A stretch of 28,946 nucleotides of DNA from Octopus sinensis (taxonomy: Eukaryota). Under the pieces are notes generated by a model. It made no database searches and was not told the origin of the DNA. It saw nothing but the letters and a program-made list of their open reading frames with translations. How positions within the stretch are numbered: position 1 is the stretch's first letter; every line of letters begins with the position of its first letter. Both the position numbers and the translations under genes were made by a program. The stretch is taken from assembly GCF_006345805.1 (NCBI RefSeq), contig NW_021833154.1:1-28946 (forward strand), read 5' to 3'. Below are positions 22,420-28,946 of the stretch, in pieces.

Positions 22420-22755
22420 GGCAGGCGACTACTGTACCAGTGATTGTAGGATCTCTAGGAATGATAAAAAAAGGGTACTGAAACCTATTTCAAAATGATA
22501 CCAGGCTTACCATCCCTACAGGAAGTGCAAAAAATCGTATTAACTGGAACGGCTCATGTACTGAGAAGAGCACTATCACTGTGAAAATAACATCCATCCA
22601 TGAATTTATTTATTTATTAATTTTTTAAATACATATTTTATCTGTGAATTTGCGCGTGTAATCTGGGAATGCTTACAATGAGCTTCTTTGCCCTAGGTGT
22701 ATGGAAAACACTCGGCGAGAAACGGAAGAAAATTTGAAGAAAGAAGGAAAAAACA
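22420..22755 (+). mobile_element. R4/Dong-like 3' end (ORF tail plus UTR) in (AAT)n
   Basis: TVPVIVGSLGMIKK..LQEVQKIVLTGTAHVLRRALSL* (TGA 22582-22584). Confidence 0.9.
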
Positions 22756-22772
22756 TAATAATAATAATAATG

Positions 22773-22816
<44 letters not shown>

Positions 22817-22838
22817 TATTATTATTATTATTATTATT

Positions 22839-23026
22839 GAGTGAGTGAGAGAGTAGAGCATGCTATCAAAGTGACACTGGTGTAACGTATACGAAGCCCA
22901 GGATATCCATCATAACTACCCGTCTGTTAAAGGTACACCATGAACATGCCTCATAAACATACGTGCGCGACATGGTGATCTCATATCAAGGTAAACAGCG
23001 CATGACCTTGCAGGTGGGACCCAGTT
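22839..23026 (-). mobile_element. Third, shortest copy of the non-coding (AAT)n-tailed repeat
   Basis: Reverse complement of about 10648-10832. Confidence 0.85.
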
Positions 23027-23131
23027 GAAGGGCAAAGTCAACCTCGGCGGAAATTGAACAGAACGTAGCGACAGGCGAAATACTGCTAAGGATTTCGGCC
23101 AGCATGCTAACGATTTTGGCAGTTCGCTGCT
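23027..23131 (-). mobile_element. Nin-domain-type SINE head fragment
   Basis: Plus strand GGCAAAGTCAACCTCGGCGGAAATTGAAC...GCTAACGATT. Confidence 0.8.
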
Positions 23132-23196
23132 TTCCTGATGATGATGATGATGATTATGATGATGATTGATGATGATGATGATGATGATAATAATAA

Positions 23197-23650
23197 TGCC
23201 TTCTCATTGATATGATTGTCCCAATCAATATAAACGTATATGTCAAGACCTACCAAAAACTGAGCAAATATAAAGATCTTGAAATAGCAATCAGCAAAAT
23301 GAGGAACATGAAGACTAAAACCATACCTGTTGTCATAGGTGCCCTGGGAATGATAGCAAAAGGGGCTGATTGCTACCTAACTCAGACACCAGGAAACCCC
23401 AAAATGGCAGAAATTCAAACGATAGTGCTCATGGGAACTGCTCATATCCTACGCAAAATACTTTCTATGTAATCTCAAGTTTAAAACAAACGTAACTTTC
23501 GTTTTTTTTAGACATTCACTAGTACAACACCCAAATATATGGCACACTAGGCATAACAAAAACATGAACTTCCAACCTGTTGTCTCTTGAGGTCTCTGGG
23601 TGAGACTTGGAGCCAACTTGTACAAATATAAAGCAAAAGTCAAACATAGA
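23197..23650 (+). mobile_element. R4/Dong-like RLE C-terminus plus 3' UTR
   Basis: CLLIDMIVP..KLSKYKDLEIAISKM..TIPVVIGALGMI..IQTIVLMGTAHILRKILSM* (ORF 23212-23472); ends at AAT repeats. Confidence 0.92.
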
Positions 23651-23664
23651 ATAATAATAGTAAT

Positions 23665-23850
23665 ACTTTCTACTATAGGCACAAAGCCTGACATCTTGTG
23701 GGAGGGATTTATTCGATTCCATCGATCTCAGTGCCAAATTAATAATCATTTTGTCAACTCAGAAAGGTTGCAAGGCAAAGCCGACCTCGGCAATCGTTGA
23801 ACTCAAAACATAATGGCTCTAAACATTTTGCCCGACGCGTTAACGATTCT
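23665..23850 (-). mobile_element. Nin-domain-type SINE, diverged
   Basis: Plus strand AAGGCAAAGCCGACCTCGG..TTGAACTCA..GTTAACGATTCT. Confidence 0.72.
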
Positions 23851-24084
23851 TTCATGTTTAAAACACTACGAACGGTTCGTATTGACAAAACGGTATTTAC
23901 AATTCAGATGAAACACCAAAGATTTTTTTTTTTTTCTCTCTCAGCAAATAAATCCTAAATAAAATGAAAAGCAAGTTTTCCTAGATGACAAATCGCCAAA
24001 CACTTGCAACCGGAAATTCTTATTAAAATAGATTTGGCTGTAATTCGATCTGGTCAAGTAAAGATTAGTTAAGACAAGACAATC

Positions 24085-24390
24085 AATCAGTTATTCTTAG
24101 TAGAGAACTGCAATTTAATAAGCATCAAAATGAATAGCGCAAACACAATAATTTCAAAGATATTTGATGAATCCAATTTTCAATGCTAATTTAATTTCCT
24201 GTTTATTATGCATTAAATCGTCATTTATTTGTAACATATCAATCCCTGGAGCAAGATTTATATGTTCTAATGAGGTCTCATTTCGGTTCAACATGATAAA
24301 AGTTTCAGCGTGGTCATTATACGATGTTGCTCTGAGATATCGTTAACCAAAATACGTCAGAAGTAGAAGTTTGAAATGGGAATTATACTA
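24085..24390 (-). pseudogene. Candidate N-terminal-domain exon of IgGFc-binding-like copy A
   Basis: HFKLLLLTYFG*RYLRATSYNDHAETFIMLNRNETSLEHINLAPGIDMLQINDDLMHNKQEIKLALK then, after a frameshift, LDSSNIFEIIVFAL; aligns by eye with the 15795 exon. Confidence 0.45.
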
Positions 24391-24464
24391 ATACTAACAA
24401 TAGCAGTAGTAGCAGTAGTAGTAGTAGTAGTAGTTGTAATAGGTTTAGTAATTTTTCTTCTTCT

Positions 24465-25275
24465 ATGTATGTATGTGTGCATGTATGTATGTTTGTATGT
24501 ATGTGTGGGTATGTACGTATGTGTGTCTATGTATGGAGGTATGTATGCATGTGTGTATGAATGCATGTGTATGCATGTATGTGTGTATGTATGTAATGTA
24601 TGTATGTATGTATGTGTGTATGTATGTATGTATGTATGTAGGTATGTATGTATGTAATGTATGTATGTATGTATGTGTGTATGTATGTGTGTATGTATGG
24701 ATGTATGGATGTGTGTATAAGTATGTATGCATATGTGTGTATGTATGTATGCATGTATGTGTGTGTGTATGTATATCTGTGTATGTATGTGTGTATGTAT
24801 ATATATATATATGTCTGTGTGTATGTATGTATGTATGTATGTATGTATGCATGTATGTACTAATCATGTCTGTCAGCCATGTTGAAGAGAGTGTAATTCG
24901 GCAGGAGGACTTAAACGACATGCAAAGGTACATGAAGCCCAGTTGTAACTACAGCCGGCTATTACCGGTAAAGGTTTTAGTTGTCAATTCTGTACAAGAC
25001 ATTGTAGATCTTTAGCTGGGCTAAAAAGTCACACAGCACCAGTAACAGTTAAGCTTCGTGCAATGGCCATACTCGATAACGAAGGGGCAGCCATCATGTA
25101 TGTATGTATGTATGTATGTATGTATGTATGTATGTATGTATGTATGTATGTATGTATGTATGTATGTATGCATGCATGCATGCATGTATGTATGTATGTA
25201 TGTATGTATGTATGTATGTATGTATGTGTGTGTGTATGTATGTGTGTGTGTATGTATGTATGTATGTATGTATAT
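24465..25275. repeat. (TATG)n microsatellites flanking the RTE-like fragment
   Basis: Tracts at 24465-24860 and 25096-25275. Confidence 0.95.
24861..25095 (+). mobile_element. RTE-like LINE 3' end with C-terminal zinc-finger motif
   Basis: FSCQFCTRHCRSLAGLKSH at 24976-25032 (CxxCxRxCxSxxGLxSH), short UTR, then (ATGT)n. Confidence 0.75.
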
Positions 25276-25650
25276 AAGTGGTAAAGGACGAAACTCTCGG
25301 CCCTTGAGTGACTCTGTTGCTTCGGCTAAATATTAATAACAGCAACAACGATAATAATAATAGAAAGCATGCTTATATATGTGTATGTATACATATATAT
25401 ATGACTGTATACGTACATGTTAGATTTTTTGTATGTTTTTGTGTGTGTATGTTTGTGTACGTGTATGTCAGTGTGAATCTGTGTCTGCGCGTGTGAGTGA
25501 GGTTCTTCTGGTTTTAGTAATCGCTTGAAGACGGTCAGAGAATGAACCGAATGGAAAACCGTTGAAAAGGAACTAAAATGGAAAAATGGCAGGAAAAATT
25601 TTCCTGAAATGTTAAATTATTTAATTTAATTTTTTTTTGTAATAAACATA

Positions 25651-26035
25651 GGCACAGGAGTGGCTGTGTGGCAAGTAGCTTGCTAACCAGCCACCTGGTT
25701 CCGGGTTCGGTCCCACTACGTGGCACCTTGGGCAAGTGTCTTCTGCTATAGCCCCGGGCCGACCAATGCCTTGTGAGTGGATTTGGTAGACGGAAACCAA
25801 AAGAAGCCTGTCGTATATATGTATATATGTGTATGTGTGTATATGTGTTAGTGTGTCTGTGTTTGTCCCCCTAGCATTGCTTGACAACTTAGCGGTTCGA
25901 CAAAAGAAACCGATAGAATTAGTGCTGGGCTTACAAAGAATAAGTCCTGGGGTCGATTTGCTCGACTAAAGGCGGTGCTCCAGCATGGCCGCAGTCAAAT
26001 GACTGAAACATGTAAAAGAGTAAAGAGAGTAAGAG
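25651..26035 (+). mobile_element. tRNA-derived SINE with internal microsatellite, near full length
   Basis: GGCACAGGAGTGGCTGTGTGG head, GGTTCGGTCCC B-box, GGCACCTTGGGCAAGTGTC core, AAAGAG tail. Confidence 0.92.
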
Positions 26036-26063
26036 TATATATAGGTAAAAGTGTAAGACTTAC

Positions 26064-26260
26064 TTTATAACTGGTATTGTGTGCCGGTAGGACAAATAGA
26101 TGTTGACAACGACAGACAAATTTTGTGGTGAGACAATGATCAGAGTTCAATACTGGTGAACTGCTGTAAATATTGAAACCAAGGGCCGTGTAAATTGAAA
26201 TAGGATTCAAAAAGAATTCCTATATGGTTAGTTTTAGGATCAGCTTCTGAATAATATCAA
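26064..26260 (-). pseudogene. 197-nt exon with strong splice sites; candidate IgGFc-binding-like copy D, frameshifted
   Basis: CTAAT branch, long pyrimidine tract and CAG acceptor at 26261; donor AAA|gtaagt at 26063. No single open frame; pieced NHIGILFESYFNL...SIE/LIIVSPQNLSVVVNIY. Confidence 0.45.
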
Positions 26261-26328
26261 CTGAAAAGAGAATAAAAATAAAGAATAGAATTAGTTCTTT
26301 TATTTTGAATTTTACAATTAGTTTAGTC

Positions 26329-26570
26329 CAGGAGTTCTCAAACAGGGTCCTTATGACTTTTGGGGGTCCATATAAGATTGTGCTTTGTAAAATTTACGAG
26401 TAATAAATTTGTTACATTTCTACAATGCATAAAATATTTTAACAATTTTTGTACAATTCGTAATAATATTCGATTACAAGAATATAATAGTTTTTTTTAA
26501 AGATGGGTATCTACTAGAGTGAAATAGGAAACAAAGAGGTCTATAGGAAAAACATTGTTGAGAACTTCTG
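26329..26570. mobile_element. hAT (Charlie-like) MITE, 242 bp
   Basis: TIRs CAGGAGTTCTCAA and TTGAGAACTTCTG; 8-bp TSD GTTTAGTC (26321-26328) and GTTTAGAC (26571-26578). Confidence 0.88.
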
Positions 26571-26849
26571 GTTTAGACAATAGTTTCTTTAATTCATAGA
26601 ATAAACAAAACCAAACAGAAATCAAGATGACAAGAAGTACTAGAAAGAAAGAAGCTTAAAGTAATATAAAAGCATCCAACGTGTTGATTATAGAATGATG
26701 TTTGTTGCAATGGTCTGCTACTTTTGCTCTATTGCGTAATATATGAATAAGGAAACAAATATCCATTCTATAGAAACGTATGTAGCATAACTAAATAACG
26801 AATTCAATTCATTCATTATTTCAGCCCGATATTTACATGTGCTCGGTGC

Positions 26850-26954
26850 CATACATACATACATACATACATACATACATAACATACATACATACATACC
26901 ATTCACACATACATACATACATATGTGCATACATACACACGTAAATATTTATAT

Positions 26955-27003
<49 letters not shown>

Positions 27004-27063
27004 GTGCACACGTACGTAAGAGTGTATATGTATTTGTGTGTGTATATATATATATATGTATAT

Positions 27064-27095
<32 letters not shown>
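26850..27095. repeat. (TACA)n/(TA)n/(GA)n microsatellites
   Basis: Direct repeats. Confidence 0.93.
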
Positions 27096-27098
<3 letters not shown>

Positions 27099-27306
27099 AG
27101 AGGGACAGATAGATAGACAGCCAGCCAGAGGGACAGACAATGTAATCGTGTAACTCGTGTAAAACGCGCAGCATATCGAATACATTGATTACCACGGACT
27201 TCTCGAGGGATAAAATTTAAAACTGAATGTAAGCAACAAGCAACAAGATATCTTACGCTCCCAGGTGTTATTTATTTTACTTGTATGTTTGTTTTCTTCC
27301 GTTCAG

Positions 27307-27370
27307 ACTGAATACAGTCGTTTCTTAACCTCGAAGTAGTTTTTGACACCTGCATACTATATGGCTCAAG
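27307..27370 (+). other. Candidate 64-nt plus-strand exon (UTR plus possible start ATG GCT CAA G)
   Basis: Strong acceptor ttttacttgtatgtttgttttcttccgttcag| and donor CAAG|gtaatg; all three frames are closed before the ATG at 27361. Confidence 0.3.
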
Positions 27371-27411
27371 GTAATGTACCCACACATTTCCTATGCCATC
27401 TCATTTCCCTA

Positions 27412-27467
<56 letters not shown>

Positions 27468-27469
27468 AT

Positions 27470-27516
<47 letters not shown>

Positions 27517-27541
27517 CTATCTATCTATCTATCTATCTATC

Positions 27542-27597
<56 letters not shown>

Positions 27598-27636
27598 CCC
27601 TCTTTCTCTCTCTCTCTTTCTCTGTCTGTCTGCCTA

Positions 27637-27671
<35 letters not shown>

Positions 27672-27771
27672 GTCTGTCTGTCTGTTTGTCTATCTGTCTG
27701 TCTGTCTGTCTCTCTCTCTCACTCACTCTCTCTGTCTGTCTCTGTCTCTGTCTGTTGTCTGTCTGCCTGTC

Positions 27772-27825
<54 letters not shown>
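27412..27825. repeat. (TATC)n/(TGTC)n/(TC)n/(TA)n compound microsatellite
   Basis: Direct repeats. Confidence 0.95.
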
Positions 27826-28061
27826 AGGAATAATGAGGGGTTTAATTTACTTGTGATCTAAACGAATAGATACGCTGTTAGTGCTGTACATGGACGACCA
27901 TTATTTTCCAAGATCACAGCTAAAGGCAAGATCTAGGGATCCGTGTTAGGGTTCCCTTACAGCATTTATATATCATATTTGAAGAAAAATTAAAACCAAG
28001 GCCGAACGAGTATCTCAAGTCATTTAGAATAATTCAGAATATATATATGTATGCATGTTGT

Positions 28062-28104
<43 letters not shown>

Positions 28105-28109
<5 letters not shown>

Positions 28110-28250
28110 TACATACACATTAAGAAAAATGATCACCAAAGTGGACTCCTAATATGCTAAAGATAGACGTGGTAAGGCGATTTGAGGTTTATCTTTTGCA
28201 TATTAGGAGTCCCCTTTGGTGGTCATTCTTCTTAATTTGTACGTAATATA
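28105..28250. repeat. Long inverted repeat (64-bp arms, 18-nt loop) beside (TA)n
   Basis: 28105-28168 versus 28187-28250, 7 mismatches, no gaps. Confidence 0.9.
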
Positions 28251-28345
28251 ATTTTTAATCTTCGGATTTTTTAAATATGCCAAGCCACTGGTTTTAATTG
28301 ATTAATATCGATTTCTACCCTCATTATTTAATTTCTATAAGTATA

Positions 28346-28404
<59 letters not shown>

Positions 28405-28425
28405 AAGTGTGTACATAAATACAAG

Positions 28426-28750
28426 GAGCTTCTTTCAGTTTCTGTCTACTAAATCCACTCACAAGCTTTTGACTGCAGAAGAAATTTACCAAGGTGGCCA
28501 TGGTTTTAGACTCTGTGTATATGTGTCATCGTTTGTATATTTATGTGTTCGGGCCTTCCCACTGCTTAAAAACCGGTGTCGGTTTGTTTACGTACCCATA
28601 ATGTAGCGGTGCAGTAATAAAAGAACGCTAAAATAAGGATCATAATAAAATATATAGTACAGAATTTAAGTACGAGGGTTGATTTATTCGACTAAATTCT
28701 CGAAAGGGTTGCCAAGCATGGCTGCAGACTATGAGAATTGAAAGAATAAA
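28426..28750. mobile_element. Old rearranged SINE remnants (12133 family)
   Basis: Minus fragment CTTCTTTCAGTTTC..AAATCCACTCACAAG (28426-28500), then diverged plus-strand 3' part (GTTTACGTACCC..TTCGACTAAA..AGCATGGCTGCAG). Confidence 0.65.
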
Positions 28751-28946
28751 GGCAAAGTGATATGGCCTCGGCTAAATTGGCTTTGACCATTGGTCTGCTC
28801 TATGTAGGTAGGACAAAGGTTAAGCAACTATAACCGGAACAACTACCACCTCAAAAATAATCACGAAAGGCACAACCACAGGGTGATCCCTATCACCAAC
28901 ACCACCACTATCACCGTCATCTCCACCACCACGACCATCACACAAG

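Noticed and set aside
27896-27913. 18-nt identity GACCATTATTTTCCAAGA with MITE interior 5097-5114
   Set aside because: No flanking similarity or TIRs; too short to interpret.

Overview
AT-rich, extremely microsatellite-dense eukaryotic genomic DNA. The SINE families and repeat landscape suggest a cephalopod, probably Octopus (inference). Almost all ORFs in the supplied track are microsatellite artefacts. Well-supported content: (1) several tRNA-derived SINE families, including a Nin-domain type; (2) five truncated R4/Dong-like RLE non-LTR retrotransposon fragments, mostly beside (AAT)n tracts; (3) an RTE-like 3' end in (TATG)n; (4) a Tc1/mariner MITE and a hAT MITE with target-site duplications; (5) a decayed Penelope-like GIY-YIG domain split by a SINE with a 12-bp TSD; (6) several short Penelope-type terminal fragments with hairpins and degenerate hammerhead-ribozyme-like motifs. 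Most notable: the short unique islands between repeats, read on the minus strand, form ordered, splice-site-bounded pieces that resemble by eye the IgGFc-binding-protein N-terminal domain (FCGBP-N). They suggest a tandem cluster of about 3-4 divergent secreted-protein paralogs, one with a clear signal-peptide exon. All copies carry stops or frameshifts, so they are pseudogenes or suffer assembly indels. The family assignment is motif recall and needs HMM confirmation.
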